64,000 nt of DNA from Puniceicoccaceae bacterium (GCA_017857255.1 JAFMDL010000003.1:1244-65243), one strand, 5' to 3'. Numbered from the stretch's first letter, positions 20,133 through 30,968 are shown. The notes: generated by a model not told the origin, from the sequence alone. Translations and numbers: made by a program.

Positions 20133-20714
20133 TTACCAAGGACTAAGTACCTCGTCCGTAATTTGGCGAGCTAGTTCGCGAGCTAGCAGTGGCATTGCTT
20201 GGCGCTCGCTTTGTTGGTAGGAGATAATTCCGCCCTCAGTGTGAGGGTTCCCGGTGTAAGCGATTGTCGATGCTCGGATCGCTCGTTCTTGGAACAGGTA
20301 ACAACCTTTGTGTTGATCGTAGAGTGAGATCTCAGCAGACAAGCGGATATTAAAGCTATTCGCTCGCACAGTGTCGTTACTATTACGAGCGGCTGCATTA
20401 CTATCGTATTCGGTAAGGTCAACGTAGAGGACTGCATCCGCATCTTGTTCGTGAGCTACAAGTTTGACGCGAGCATCGCGAATGAATGTTTCACGCAGTT
20501 GAGCGCTGATGATCGGTTGTGCCTGGGGTGCAAAGCTATGGTTGGTCGCAGGCTTAATGTAGAGTGACTGGAACGGAATTCCAGCAGATGAGCCGAGTTG
20601 GTAATTGGCGCAACCAGAGAGCAGGCCGAGCACGAGGATTGTGCCAAAGAATAGAAGGGCGCGAACACTTGTTGATTGCTGTGAGGTCGTGTGCATACGT
20701 GCGGGCTCTTTCAA
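20133..20714 (-). CDS. LptE-like LPS-assembly lipoprotein
   Basis: Lipobox LLSGC followed by ANYQLGS. Size (193 aa) and hydrophobic periodicity resemble the LptE/RlpB family. Starts 12 nt after the BamD-like gene. Assignment is by resemblance only. Confidence 0.5.
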   Translation of the reverse strand: MKEPARMHTTSQQSTSVRALLFFGTILVLGLLSGCANYQLGSSAGIPFQSLYIKPATNHSFAPQAQPIISAQLRETFIRDARVKLVAHEQDADAVLYVDLTEYDSNAAARNSNDTVRANSFNIRLSAEISLYDQHKGCYLFQERAIRASTIAYTGNPHTEGGIISYQQSERQAMPLLARELARQITDEVLSPW

Positions 20715-20726
20715 TTGGGATGATAA

Positions 20727-21740
20727 TTACTCCGCTCTAAGTAATTTACGAAGGATGCTGGCTTTATTAGTTGGGCGCACACCCGATTCGATATCCGCTA
20801 TACGTAGTCGTGCTTCTGCGGCGGCTTCAGAGTCTGGTTCGATCGTGATCGCTTCGTTGTAGAAAACTAGCGCTGCAGTATTGTTGTTGCGAAAATAATA
20901 GTAGAAATCACCAAGATTCAGGCGACTGCTGGCGAGCAGATTTTCCATATTCCTGAGGTTTGCTTCGATTTCACCAGTTAAATGACTGCTTGGAAATAGA
21001 ATTAGGAAGTCTTCGTAATAGCTGATTGCGCGTCGCGTGGAGCCTTGGTCGTATTCATATCCTTCGACGAGGTCAGAGTAGGTTTGCGCTAAATTGTAAT
21101 AAGCATCAGGCGCTAGCATGCTTTGTGGGTAGTAATTGATCAGGCGGTCGAGTGCATCGATCGCCTCTTCAGGCTCGTTGATTTGTTCGGAAACCAGTGC
21201 AATATTCATCAGCGCTAGAGGTGCGTAGTCACTGTAAGGAGCATTGCGTACGATTTGCTCAAATTGTTTCGCCGAGGTTCCGTATTGTTTGAATCCCGGA
21301 AATATCCAAAGAATTCGTCCCCGAGCGCCTTCCATCAATGCTGTAGCGCAGTCAAACTGATCTGCGATCACACGATCGAATTTTTCGTAGTTAGCATGTT
21401 TGGTGACGACTTTCTGAAGATCATCGAAGCCCTTTATCCAGAGACTTTTTGCCATGTATATCCGGGCACGGATTGTCAGTGCTTCTCCCGCAGCTGGGGC
21501 CGCGGAGTGTTCTTTGATAATCTTCTTTAGCGTGCGCTTGGCAGAGCGCAGCTTGCCTGCCGCGTATTTTGCCTTTGCGGTTTCAAGTAGAGATTCAGCA
21601 ATTTCGTTGCTTTGGTCACTGGCATCAATGCTGGTTACTTCAGCGCCTTCGAACCAATCGAGAGGGTTTAAAGAGAGCGCCTGCAAGGACGGGCTTACGA
21701 GTAACCCAAGGGCGAGAATTAATGAAAGTAAGCGAGACAT
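20727..21740 (-). CDS. BamD/YfiO-like TPR outer-membrane assembly protein
   Basis: Signal peptide, TPR-like repeats, and a BamD-like C-terminal segment (FPSSHLTGEIEANL...LGDFYYYFRNNNTAALVFYNEAI). No lipobox Cys. Confidence 0.55.
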   Translation of the reverse strand: MSRLLSLILALGLLVSPSLQALSLNPLDWFEGAEVTSIDASDQSNEIAESLLETAKAKYAAGKLRSAKRTLKKIIKEHSAAPAAGEALTIRARIYMAKSLWIKGFDDLQKVVTKHANYEKFDRVIADQFDCATALMEGARGRILWIFPGFKQYGTSAKQFEQIVRNAPYSDYAPLALMNIALVSEQINEPEEAIDALDRLINYYPQSMLAPDAYYNLAQTYSDLVEGYEYDQGSTRRAISYYEDFLILFPSSHLTGEIEANLRNMENLLASSRLNLGDFYYYFRNNNTAALVFYNEAITIEPDSEAAAEARLRIADIESGVRPTNKASILRKLLRAE

Positions 21741-21744
21741 AAAT

Positions 21745-22746
21745 TTATTGCCATTTGATCAAGGTTGAGCCCCACGTCAAGCCTGCCCCGAACGCGACTA
21801 AAAGTATGAGGTCTCCAGATTGGATGCGCCCAGCACGATAGGCTTCATCTAGTGCGATCGGCACGGAGGCGGCCGATGTGTTGCCATAGCGATCCAAGTT
21901 ATTATGGAATTTTTCCATTGGTATACTTAAGCGCTTCGCCAAACTTTCAATGATACGCATGTTCGCCTGGTGCGGGATGACAAGGTTAAGATCCTCTGGA
22001 TCATAGCTTTGTTGCTCAATAATATCAGTACTGGCTTGGCCCATCACACGAACAGCCGCCTTGAAAATCTCTTTGCCATTCATCTTGAGGAAATGTTGAC
22101 GACTGGCGATTGATTCGGTCGTGGCTGGAATTGCAGAGCCGCCGGCAGGTTGTTGGAGCAGACTAGGATTGGAGCCATCCGCACCGCCGAGGACACCCAG
22201 TATGCCGACTTTTTCAGTGGTTTGCTCTGCGCTGAGCACGGCAGCACCTGCGCCATCACCAAAGAGTACACAAGTAGTGCGGTCTTCAAAATCTAGGATG
22301 CCGCTCATTTTTTCTGCACCGATGACGAGTGCTTTATTAAAGTTACCCGAGAGCAGCATTGAGTTCGCCACACTCAGTGCATAAACGAAGCCTGAGCATG
22401 CTGCCTGCATATCAAAGGTAGTGACATTTGGCAGGCCTAGCTTACTCTGAATTAGGCAGGCGGTGGACGGGAAGGGCATGTCAGGCGTCATCGTAGCAAC
22501 GATGATCAGGTCGATCTCGTTACGTTCGATACCAGCTGCTTCGATCGCACGTTCGGCTGCGGCGCAGGCCATATCACTGGTAGTTTCGTCTGCGGCAGCA
22601 AAGTGACGAGCGCTGATGCCGCTACGGGTGCGAATCCATTCGTCAGATGTATCGACGATTTTGGCCATGTCATCGTTGGTCACAACGTTGGATGGTGCGT
22701 ACGAGCCGGTGCCGATGATCGTGACTGAGTTAGGATGGCTAGGCAT
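21745..22746 (-). CDS. fabH: Beta-ketoacyl-ACP synthase III
   Basis: Active-site motifs [19 protein letters not shown] and GNTSAASVP. Confidence 0.9.
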   Translation of the reverse strand: MPSHPNSVTIIGTGSYAPSNVVTNDDMAKIVDTSDEWIRTRSGISARHFAAADETTSDMACAAAERAIEAAGIERNEIDLIIVATMTPDMPFPSTACLIQSKLGLPNVTTFDMQAACSGFVYALSVANSMLLSGNFNKALVIGAEKMSGILDFEDRTTCVLFGDGAGAAVLSAEQTTEKVGILGVLGGADGSNPSLLQQPAGGSAIPATTESIASRQHFLKMNGKEIFKAAVRVMGQASTDIIEQQSYDPEDLNLVIPHQANMRIIESLAKRLSIPMEKFHNNLDRYGNTSAASVPIALDEAYRAGRIQSGDLILLVAFGAGLTWGSTLIKWQ

Positions 22747-22790
22747 GAAAGTATGTAAAGTGTCTCTGCGTCTCAGAGAGTGCTAGGTGC

Positions 22791-23861
22791 TTAATTTGAA
22801 GCGTTCTCTTCTTCGCAATGGATGTTCAATGCATTGCATTGATTGATCTCACTGCCGATGGAGTCAATCATATCATGTGTAACGACCTCTTGAGCGATAC
22901 GTAAGGCGTTCGCAATCGCCACAAAATTAGAGGAGCCGTGTGCTTTTAAAATATTACCTTTTAGACCAAGCAGTGGTGCGCCCGCGTGTTGGTCCGGGCC
23001 GAGACGTGTTTTCATGTCTTTGAAAGCAGATTTGGAGAGTACTGCGCCAATTTTACGTTTCACATTGCGAACGAGCGCCTCGCGCAAAGTGGTGCTAATA
23101 AAACCAAAGAGCGCTTCACTGGATTTAAGAACAATGTTACCGACAAACCCGTCGCACACAACCACATCGACCTCTCCATCAAAGAGTTGGAAGCCCTCGA
23201 TCGGTCCGACATAGTTGATGACGCCGTTAATTTTTTGGAGTTGGGTGTGGGTTTGATTAATTAATGCAGTGCCTTTGCCTTCCTCAGTACCAATCGTGAG
23301 GAGTGCCACGCGAGGATGGGTGAGGTTAAGCGCTGCTTTGGCGTAGTTTGAGCCGAGTACCGCGTTGTGTACTAAATGCTCCGCAGTGGACTCGGGATTA
23401 GCGCCTACATCAGTTAACACGAAGGGTCCTTGCTTGCTGGGGACGATGATGCCAAGTGCGGGGCGATCGACGCCTGGGATCTGGCGTAGGCGGAGCGTGC
23501 CGCAGGCCATGAGCGCGCCGGTATTGCCACAGCTAACAACGGCATCGGCTTCATTGTTTTTAAGCTGGGCGATGGCTTGCACCATCGAGGAATCTTTCTT
23601 GCTCTTAATCGCCTGAATCGGCTTTTCATTCATCCCGATGACTTGGGTACTGTGAATGACTTTGATCCGATCTTGGTACGCGTCGAGCTTGCCAACTGTC
23701 AGTAGCCGCTCGATCAGCCGCTTATTGCCGACCAGCACGAAGTTACATTCAAGCTTCAGCTCTTCGATGGCATAAAAAAGCCCACGGATAAACTCAGTGG
23801 GCCCTTTGTCTCCCCCCATGGTGTCGACTGCAATGGTGCAGTTGACTGCGCTCTCGCCCAT
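22791..23861 (-). CDS. plsX: Phosphate acyltransferase
   Basis: IAVDTMGGDKGP and SCGNTGALMA motifs, plus the conserved rpmF-plsX-fabH order. Confidence 0.9.
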   Translation of the reverse strand: MGESAVNCTIAVDTMGGDKGPTEFIRGLFYAIEELKLECNFVLVGNKRLIERLLTVGKLDAYQDRIKVIHSTQVIGMNEKPIQAIKSKKDSSMVQAIAQLKNNEADAVVSCGNTGALMACGTLRLRQIPGVDRPALGIIVPSKQGPFVLTDVGANPESTAEHLVHNAVLGSNYAKAALNLTHPRVALLTIGTEEGKGTALINQTHTQLQKINGVINYVGPIEGFQLFDGEVDVVVCDGFVGNIVLKSSEALFGFISTTLREALVRNVKRKIGAVLSKSAFKDMKTRLGPDQHAGAPLLGLKGNILKAHGSSNFVAIANALRIAQEVVTHDMIDSIGSEINQCNALNIHCEEENASN

Positions 23862-23902
23862 AGGTGGTTATAAATATAAAGTGATAGCGACTAGTCGCAG
23901 CC

Positions 23903-24082
23903 TTAGACCTCAACGTCTAGAACTTGGCGACCACGATAAAGTCCGTTGGCCGGATTGACGCGGTGAGGGCGGAAGAGAGTGCCGTCCTGTGGGTCTTTTG
24001 CCAGTTGTGGCAATTGGTAAGTGACTGCACCACGGCGCTTGCGGCTGCGTTGCTTGGATTGTTTGCGTTTTGGCTGTCCCAT
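23903..24082 (-). CDS. rpmF: 50S ribosomal protein L32 (59 aa; below ORF-track cutoff)
   Basis: Hand translation of the minus strand gives MGQPKRKQSKQRSRKRRGAVTYQLPQLAKDPQDGTLFRPHRVNPANGLYRGRQVLDVEV* . The L32 N-terminal signature sits 41 nt upstream of plsX. Confidence 0.85.
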   Translation of the reverse strand: MGQPKRKQSKQRSRKRRGAVTYQLPQLAKDPQDGTLFRPHRVNPANGLYRGRQVLDVEV

Positions 24083-24182
24083 GAGATTTGTTTACTAATG
24101 TGAAAAATTGTGTGTCGTGCGATGTCTTCTAAAGGGCGCGGATTAAAGAGCCTAAAATCAGCTCGTCAAGTATTCAATCAGG

Positions 24183-24863
24183 TTAATTTTTGAGAGATTG
24201 GGCGAGTTGGAGCACTTTAGCCACCAATTTATTGATGCTAGACTCTGCCTGCAGGATGTCTTCTGCGAGCATATAAGCAGGTGTGGTAACTACGAGATTC
24301 GCTGCATCGACGACGATTCCATCGACCGGGCAATTAATATGTTGAGCGCCTTTAGCCTCCATGATTGCCGCGGTATCTGCATCGTTGCCAATCGTAAGCT
24401 GTACTTTTTTGCTTCCGAGGGCGGCAGCGGCGAGCGTCGGTGCGATGCATATAAAGCCAAGCACCTTGCGTGCTTGGTGGGCTTCTTGGATCAGTTGATT
24501 GATAATAGGGTCTATGTCGTAGGTTATACCATCAAAAGCGAGGCTGGAGAGGTTCTTTGCGACCCCAAAGCCGCCGACAAAGAGGATCGCATCCAGTTCG
24601 TCGAGTTTTAGTGCCTCGATTGGCTGAATGTCGCCTCGAGCAATGCGTGCGGCTTCCTCCAGAACATTACGATCCTCGTCCTCGTTGATTTCACCTGTGG
24701 CATGATTGATCACGTGGCGTTGGGCGATGTCGGGGGCGGCAAAGGTGACAGTGGCCCCTGCTCGTGCGAGTGCGAGTAAGGTGAGTACCGATTCGTGTAT
24801 TTCCGAGCCGTCATATACACCGCAACCAGAAAGAATGACCGCTACATCTACTTTTTTAGGCAT
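24183..24863 (-). CDS. elbB: ElbB-type DJ-1/PfpI-family glyoxalase
   Basis: VAVILSGCGVYDGSEIHESVLTLLAL and a C-terminal TTPAYML are near-identical in pattern to E. coli ElbB. Confidence 0.85.
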   Translation of the reverse strand: MPKKVDVAVILSGCGVYDGSEIHESVLTLLALARAGATVTFAAPDIAQRHVINHATGEINEDEDRNVLEEAARIARGDIQPIEALKLDELDAILFVGGFGVAKNLSSLAFDGITYDIDPIINQLIQEAHQARKVLGFICIAPTLAAAALGSKKVQLTIGNDADTAAIMEAKGAQHINCPVDGIVVDAANLVVTTPAYMLAEDILQAESSINKLVAKVLQLAQSLKN

Positions 24864-24909
24864 GGTTATTGATTATAAGGAGTTTTACTAGAATGAGAGT
24901 ATTTTGTAT

Positions 24910-26034
24910 TTAAACTTCGATTTGCTCGACGATTTCCAGATCGTAGCCATCGAGGCCGACCACCTTACGCGTGGTGCTGGACAGGAGGCGAATCTTGCAT
25001 AAGCCAAGTGCTACGAGTATCTGAGCGCCGATGCCATAGTCGCGAAAGTCCATTTTAGTCGGGCCAACATCCTTCGGTGTCGCCTGTTTGTTGCCCTCAA
25101 TGACTGCGATGCCGCCTTTAGGTTGCTCTATATAGAGCAGCGCTCCGTGTTGGGCATCTGCGATTTTTTGCATTGCAGCAGTCATTGAGTGATAGCCGCT
25201 CAGCTCAGTAGAGCGAAAAACATCGGTCAGTAAATTTTCACTCTGTACACGCACGAGTGTCGGTTTGGCATTCAGCTCGCCCATGGTGAGTGCAATGTGT
25301 TGGCGATCATCGAGAATACTGCGGAAGATGTGAAGGTCGAATATGCCAAATTCGGATTCAAAAGGGCGTGTCAATACGTGCTCGACTAGGCGGTCGCGAG
25401 TATGGCGATACTCGATCAAATCTGCGATCGAGATCATTTTCAGATCATGTTTTTTCTTATATTTAATCAGATCAGGCACGCGCGCTAGGGTCCCGTCTTC
25501 ATTGAGAATTTCACAAATTACACCGCTTGGATGCAGCCCTGCGAGCTGCGCTAAATCGACTGCAGCTTCAGTGTGTCCGGCGCGTTGGAGCACACCGCCT
25601 GGGCGGGCGCGAAGTGGGAAAACATGGCCGGGTTGAACCAGCATGTCTGGCTGAGAGGTCGGGTCGGATAAAATACGGATTGTCTCAGCACGATCATAAG
25701 CGCTGATACCAGTGGTGATTCCTTCTGCTGCATCGACTGAGATAGCAAAGTCGGTCTGGTGCGATTCGCGGTTTTCTGAGGCCATCGGACTAATGCCTAG
25801 GCGGCGCAATTGATGCCCTAACATCGGCACGCAAATCAGGCCACGGGCGTGGAGTGCCATTTGATTGACCGCTTCTGGAGTAACCTTCGATGCAGCCATG
25901 ATTAAATCGCCCTCGTTTTCACGAGATTCATCATCAGTTACAATGACCATTTTGCCCTCTGCGATGTCGCGGATAGCGGATTCGATGTTGTCGAAGGCGT
26001 CTGAGTGCTTCTGTGCCGTTGTCATGAGTGGCAC
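24910..26034 (-). CDS. ribB: 3,4-dihydroxy-2-butanone-4-phosphate synthase fused to a degenerate GTP cyclohydrolase II-like domain
   Basis: The N-terminal RibB motifs are intact: DDESRENEGDLI and RAGHTEAAVDLA. The C-terminal half aligns to RibA, but the zinc-ligand Cys positions read VQSENLLTDVFRSTELSG. Confidence 0.85.
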   Translation of the reverse strand: MPLMTTAQKHSDAFDNIESAIRDIAEGKMVIVTDDESRENEGDLIMAASKVTPEAVNQMALHARGLICVPMLGHQLRRLGISPMASENRESHQTDFAISVDAAEGITTGISAYDRAETIRILSDPTSQPDMLVQPGHVFPLRARPGGVLQRAGHTEAAVDLAQLAGLHPSGVICEILNEDGTLARVPDLIKYKKKHDLKMISIADLIEYRHTRDRLVEHVLTRPFESEFGIFDLHIFRSILDDRQHIALTMGELNAKPTLVRVQSENLLTDVFRSTELSGYHSMTAAMQKIADAQHGALLYIEQPKGGIAVIEGNKQATPKDVGPTKMDFRDYGIGAQILVALGLCKIRLLSSTTRKVVGLDGYDLEIVEQIEV

Positions 26035-26191
26035 GTTAGGCTGAATTCCATGGGAGTAAAGCTTGTAGCGTTAACTAATTGAACTCGTGCAGCGAGCAGT
26101 AGATTGTTGGTGATACGCTCATACTTGAATAGACTTTTTAGGTGGGTTTATAATCGCAGTTTGATCGCAGCTGCGTTTTTGTTACGTAAGG

Positions 26192-27181
26192 ATGCCAAAA
26201 AAAACAGCTGATAGTTCAGAAGACCTTGCATTAAAAGTGTTTTCTGAGCGCATGGGTGAGGTTGAATACACTGCGCGTCTCAATGCCGAGAGGCAGATGC
26301 TCGAACGACAAGGAGAGCGACAGGGGCGAGGATGGTTTCGTTTTGAGCATCTGTGGGATCTGTATGGATTCATTCGACGCTGCTTAAAGTTGACTGGTCT
26401 TTGGAGCCGCGCGCATCGTAACTATTTTAATATTCAAGTCGTTCGAAATGAGGTGGAGTTGGAGCGTTTACCGCTCGCATTTGATGGCTTTACGATATTA
26501 CAACTTTCTGACCTGCATACTGATTTGCACCCCGATTTCCCAATCGCTGTACGCCGTGTAATTGCACCTTTAGAGTATGATATCGTGGCGCTAACAGGAG
26601 ATTTTCGCACCTGCACTTTTAGTGATCATTCTAGTGCGATAGCTGCGACATTGGATTTGTTAAGAGATGTGCACAAGCCACGTTATGCGGTTTTAGGCAA
26701 TCATGATTCCCTTGTAAAAGTGCCTGTGATGGAAGCCGCAGGCATCAAGTTTTTGCTCAATGAGACTGAGGTGATTGAGCGCGGTGACGCCGCTTTATAT
26801 TTAGTGGGGATCGATGATCCCAATTTTTACCAGAGTCATAACTTTGAACATGCTTTAAGCGGTGTACCAGAGGATGTTTGCAAAGTCCTATTGTCGCATT
26901 CGCCGCAAACGTATGATGAGGCCGCTCTATATGGGGTTGATTTTTTACTCGCAGGACACACCCACGGGGGGCAGATCTGTCTACCTGGAGGGCGTGTTAT
27001 AGTGCATGATCATAGTTCCCCGCGACGCCTACTTTCAGGTGCGTGGCGTGAAGCACAGATGCAGGGTTATACGAGTCGAGGCACGGGTGCTTCAGGTTTG
27101 CCGGTGCGCTTGAATTGCATGCCAGAAGTGACTTTGCATGTGCTGCGTTGTAAAGGCCTTAGCGCCGACCCTATGCCATGA
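26192..27181 (+). CDS. Metallophosphoesterase (YaeI-like)
   Basis: Calcineurin-like motifs LSDLHTD, TGDF, GNHD and GHTHGGQ. Confidence 0.8.
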   Translation: MPKKTADSSEDLALKVFSERMGEVEYTARLNAERQMLERQGERQGRGWFRFEHLWDLYGFIRRCLKLTGLWSRAHRNYFNIQVVRNEVELERLPLAFDGFTILQLSDLHTDLHPDFPIAVRRVIAPLEYDIVALTGDFRTCTFSDHSSAIAATLDLLRDVHKPRYAVLGNHDSLVKVPVMEAAGIKFLLNETEVIERGDAALYLVGIDDPNFYQSHNFEHALSGVPEDVCKVLLSHSPQTYDEAALYGVDFLLAGHTHGGQICLPGGRVIVHDHSSPRRLLSGAWREAQMQGYTSRGTGASGLPVRLNCMPEVTLHVLRCKGLSADPMP

Positions 27182-27200
27182 TATGCTTTTAGTTTAAGTA

Positions 27201-29753
27201 TTAGCTCACGATCGAATGGAGTTTCAAAGGTATCACTTTAACTACTCCTGATTCTTTCGATTGCTGTACCGATAGTTCAAATACAAATTGAAAATCGTTG
27301 AGCGCTTCGGGGTCGACCAATACCTGTTCGATGTCCCAAGTTTGGTGGTCATCGGATTCGGTAATTTTGGTGTGGCTTTTGTTGCGTGCTTCGGGGTCGA
27401 GTCGGATCCAATCATGAGTTGCATAATAGGCACCCATGGCTTCGCCAAGTGCGGTGTATTTCCATTTTGCTTCAGGAAACATTCTATCGAGCTCAAAGGC
27501 TTCATCGATTTCCTTATATTCTTTATTGGCAAGCATACGAAAAAAGCGAAAGACCTCGTTTCGCACGTGGCGGGTAAAGGCTTCACGGTCACGAGTGATA
27601 TCCATCGGGCCCTTAGTCGCGGGGAGCGACTCATCGGATTTAGTTTGATGGTCGGGGTTTTTGAGAGTTTCCCATTCATCGAGTAGGCTTGAGTCAGTCA
27701 TACGCAACAGTGTTTCGATGTAGGTGATTACGTCATTTACTGGTTCTGTTTTGAAGGCGGGAGGTACTGTGTTTTCCAAAACACGGTAAACATTTGTGAG
27801 GTGGCGCAGTAGTAGACCCTCGGCGCGCATCAGACTGTATTTTTTGATGTAATCAGCAAAGCTACTGTAGCCTTCATACATCTCGCGTGCGATGGATTTG
27901 GGCTTAATATTTTCGGAGCCTACCCATGGGTGTTCTGCAGCAAAGCGATTGTAGGTCTCGTATATGAACTCACTTTCAGGCTTGTAATATTCGACCTTTT
28001 CAAGCGCTTCGATGCGCTCGTCGTATTCGATACCAGCTGCTTTCAACTCAGCAAATTTATCGCTCTTTAGCTTGTCGACTTGCTTGCGCAAAATGATGTC
28101 TGGGTTTTCGAGGATGGACTCGACGAGGCTGAGTAATTTAAGCTCGTAACCTGCTGCTGTGGTATCGAGCAGGCCGAGGGTGTCGATGCAGTACAGCGCG
28201 AGCGTTTGGTTGAGTGAAAACTCGTCTTGAAGCTCAACGTTGACGCGTAATTTCTGCTTAGCTCCTTTGGGCTGAATCTCGATGATGTTACGGTCGACCA
28301 ACGCGCGGAATAGTTGAAAGGATTGTGTGCGCATTGCCGCCTTGGAGCTGTCGTTGTTGTGGCAATCGTTAATTATTGCCCGCATTGCGGCGCAGCCATC
28401 ACCCGTGCGTGATAGGACGTTGAGCAACATCCCATGCGAGACTTTAAAAGTAGATTTAAGTGGTTCAGCCGGAGCGCTTTGTAGACGGGTAAAGGTTTGC
28501 TCATCCCAATGCACGTAGCCACGCTCCGGTGGTTTGCGCTTAACCAATTTCTTTTTCTTTTTTGGATCACCTGCTGCTTTGGCCTCCAGGCGTTTATTCT
28601 CGATTACGTGTTCCGGCGCCATGGCAATGACATAGCCTTGGTCGTCGAATCCCTTGCGCCCAGCACGACCACTAATTTGGTGGAAGTCGCGGGCGGTGAG
28701 TATGCCTGTTTTTACGCCGCCGTATTTACAAAGCTGAGTGAAGAGCACAGTTCGAATTGGTACATTGACTCCAACGCCTAGGGTATCTGTACCACAGATG
28801 ACTTTGAGAAGGCCTTTTTGAGCGAGTTTTTCAATCAATACACGATATTTTGGCAGCAGACCAGCATGGTGCAATCCAATGCCACTCCGGAGTAGTTTTT
28901 TGATCTCTTTACCGAAGGGGCTAGTAAACGGAGTCCCTTGCAATGCTTCGGTAATTTGCGCTTTTTCATCTTTGCTGCAGACATTCAGGCTGAGTATGCT
29001 TTGCGCGGTGTCGGAAGCAGAGCGTTGAGTGAAATGAACGATATAGACCGGGAATTTATTGGCAGTTTGGAGCTTTTCTAGGGTCTCGGTTAAGGGGTCT
29101 TCGACGTAGGTGAATTCAAGTGGCACGGGGCGCTCCGTACTGGAGACTGTGACCGCTTCATTACCAGTGACGCGCTCTATCTCGCGCTCAAAGAAGCCCG
29201 TTTCCCCGAGGGTGGCGGAGATGAGTAGGAAGCGGGATTGTGGTAGTGTGAGTAAAGGGGCTTGCCATGCCCCACCGCGTTCGACGTCGGAGTAGTAGTG
29301 AAATTCATCCATTATTACGTCGTGAACGTTAGCTTTAGCGCCATCGCGTAGGGCGATATTGGCAAGGATTTCAGCCGTGCAGCAGAGGATGGGTGCGCCG
29401 CGGTTGACGCTCGCATCTCCAGTCATCATACCAACATTTTCAGGTCCAAAATCTCGGCATAGTGAAAGGAATTTTTCATTAACGAGGGCTTTGATTGGAC
29501 AAGTGTAGACGGATTGGCGACCTTGCGATGCGGAGAGGAAGTGAAGTGCGGCAGCGACGAGCGATTTGCCCGAGCCTGTGGGGGTGTTTAGGATGACATT
29601 TTTACCCGCAAATATTTCTAGAATCGCTTCTTCTTGGGCTGGGTAGAGTTCGAGACCTTTCGCCAATGCATACTCGAGAAAGTGCTCCATGAGAGCATCG
29701 GGGTCAGTGATCTGTGTTAGTGGCTTGAGCGGGAAGTCCATATGCGTGAGCAT
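27201..29753 (-). CDS. DEAD/DEAH-box (Ski2-like) helicase with DUF3516-type C-terminal region
   Basis: Walker [15 protein letters not shown] box, [11 protein letters not shown] and [10 protein letters not shown]. The ~400-aa C-terminal region is typical of DUF3516 helicases. Confidence 0.8.
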   Translation of the reverse strand: MLTHMDFPLKPLTQITDPDALMEHFLEYALAKGLELYPAQEEAILEIFAGKNVILNTPTGSGKSLVAAALHFLSASQGRQSVYTCPIKALVNEKFLSLCRDFGPENVGMMTGDASVNRGAPILCCTAEILANIALRDGAKANVHDVIMDEFHYYSDVERGGAWQAPLLTLPQSRFLLISATLGETGFFEREIERVTGNEAVTVSSTERPVPLEFTYVEDPLTETLEKLQTANKFPVYIVHFTQRSASDTAQSILSLNVCSKDEKAQITEALQGTPFTSPFGKEIKKLLRSGIGLHHAGLLPKYRVLIEKLAQKGLLKVICGTDTLGVGVNVPIRTVLFTQLCKYGGVKTGILTARDFHQISGRAGRKGFDDQGYVIAMAPEHVIENKRLEAKAAGDPKKKKKLVKRKPPERGYVHWDEQTFTRLQSAPAEPLKSTFKVSHGMLLNVLSRTGDGCAAMRAIINDCHNNDSSKAAMRTQSFQLFRALVDRNIIEIQPKGAKQKLRVNVELQDEFSLNQTLALYCIDTLGLLDTTAAGYELKLLSLVESILENPDIILRKQVDKLKSDKFAELKAAGIEYDERIEALEKVEYYKPESEFIYETYNRFAAEHPWVGSENIKPKSIAREMYEGYSSFADYIKKYSLMRAEGLLLRHLTNVYRVLENTVPPAFKTEPVNDVITYIETLLRMTDSSLLDEWETLKNPDHQTKSDESLPATKGPMDITRDREAFTRHVRNEVFRFFRMLANKEYKEIDEAFELDRMFPEAKWKYTALGEAMGAYYATHDWIRLDPEARNKSHTKITESDDHQTWDIEQVLVDPEALNDFQFVFELSVQQSKESGVVKVIPLKLHSIVS

Positions 29754-29916
29754 TCGGGTTGGGAGCCGGAGTGCAAGTGTGGAGCGTGGAGACCTGTAGT
29801 TGGTTGCCAGTGAGAGGGTATTTAAAATACTGAGTCAATGGTCAGTAAATAGGGCATCTCTCTTTTAGGGAAATTGTCCGATTCATGGTTTCAATCTGAG
29901 TCGAATCGGCTACGGT

Positions 29917-30339
29917 GTGCCTATGACTGATACGAATTTTTCGTGTGCTTGCGGCAGTGGGCGGACGTATGTTGAGTGTTGCGAACCGTTTCATCTAAGA
30001 AAGGCAATTCCATCGACCGCCGCGGCTTTGATGCGGTCGCGATACTGCGCCTATGTGTATGAAAAGATTGATTATTTGGTCGAGACGACTTTGCCAGCTG
30101 CACGCACTACGGACCTGTGGGTAACTTATAAGTCGACGGCGGACTCGATTCAATGGATTGGGTTAGAACTAAAGGCAGCGTCGCAAGGAGGGCCTAATGA
30201 TAAGACTGGAAAGATTGAGTTTCAGGCTAGTTATATTCAAGAAGGAGTGCGTGCGATCCACCATGAGCTGTCGAGGTTCCGCCGGAGTGGAGGCCAGTGG
30301 TATTATGTGGATGGTCGAATGACTGATGTGCTCGCCTAA
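29917..30339 (+). CDS. ychJ: YchJ-family (UPF0225, SEC-C motif) protein
   Basis: N-terminal CACGSGRTYVECC SEC-C-like motif, MRSRYCAY, and a C-terminal SRFRRSGGQWYYVDG. Confidence 0.75.
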   Translation: MPMTDTNFSCACGSGRTYVECCEPFHLRKAIPSTAAALMRSRYCAYVYEKIDYLVETTLPAARTTDLWVTYKSTADSIQWIGLELKAASQGGPNDKTGKIEFQASYIQEGVRAIHHELSRFRRSGGQWYYVDGRMTDVLA

Positions 30340-30414
30340 CAGCCATACGTTTTGACTCGATTGTGATGGGTGGAGTCTTATCGATACTTTATAGAATAAG
30401 GCAGAGTTATTTTT

Positions 30415-30663
30415 ATGGTTTGGAATATTTACATAATACGTTGTGGAGATGGTACTTTATACACGGGCGTGGCGACAGATGTCGCGCGTCGGTTTGAGGA
30501 GCACTCATTGCAAGGTCCTAAAACGGCAAAATATTTGCGTGGACGCTTGCCACTAAAAATTGTCTACATGCGCGCGGTCGGCACTCGCTCTGAGGCGCAG
30601 AAGGAAGAGTGGAGAATTAAGCAACTCAGTCGCGCTCAGAAAGAAGCGTTGCTAGTAAAGTGA
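30415..30663 (+). CDS. GIY-YIG nuclease-superfamily protein (UPF0213/YhbQ-like)
   Basis: WNIYIIRCGDGTLYTGVATDVARRFEEH is the GIY-YIG core. The protein is a stand-alone 82 aa. Confidence 0.75.
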   Translation: MVWNIYIIRCGDGTLYTGVATDVARRFEEHSLQGPKTAKYLRGRLPLKIVYMRAVGTRSEAQKEEWRIKQLSRAQKEALLVK

Positions 30664-30968
30664 ATATCTTGAGCGTCAAGTAACTGGTGAGGAGAAGGAC
30701 AATTGTGCGATGTGTGAGATTTATGATCTATTCACGGTGCACTTGATTGGAACTAGCGCGTTTTATTTCTCATCGTTTGCGACAAAGGAATACAAGTAGT
30801 GCTGCGAATCGGGTGCTTACGCTGAGTAGGCATATTTAATGCGCCCCTGTAAGAATTATATTCGAAGAGAGTAAGTGACTCTTACTGCTAAGTTTGACAC
30901 ATGACCCAGGCGTCGAACAAACACCGTAATTGTTAATTTTTTGCTGGGTCTAGATAAAAAATTAGGCC

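Noticed and set aside
26035-26191. Expected FMN (RFN) riboswitch upstream of the ribB fusion
   Set aside because: Reading both strands, I found none of the conserved RFN core segments (GGGCGGGGTG..CCCACCGGCGG / CCGACAGT..GTCTGGATG).
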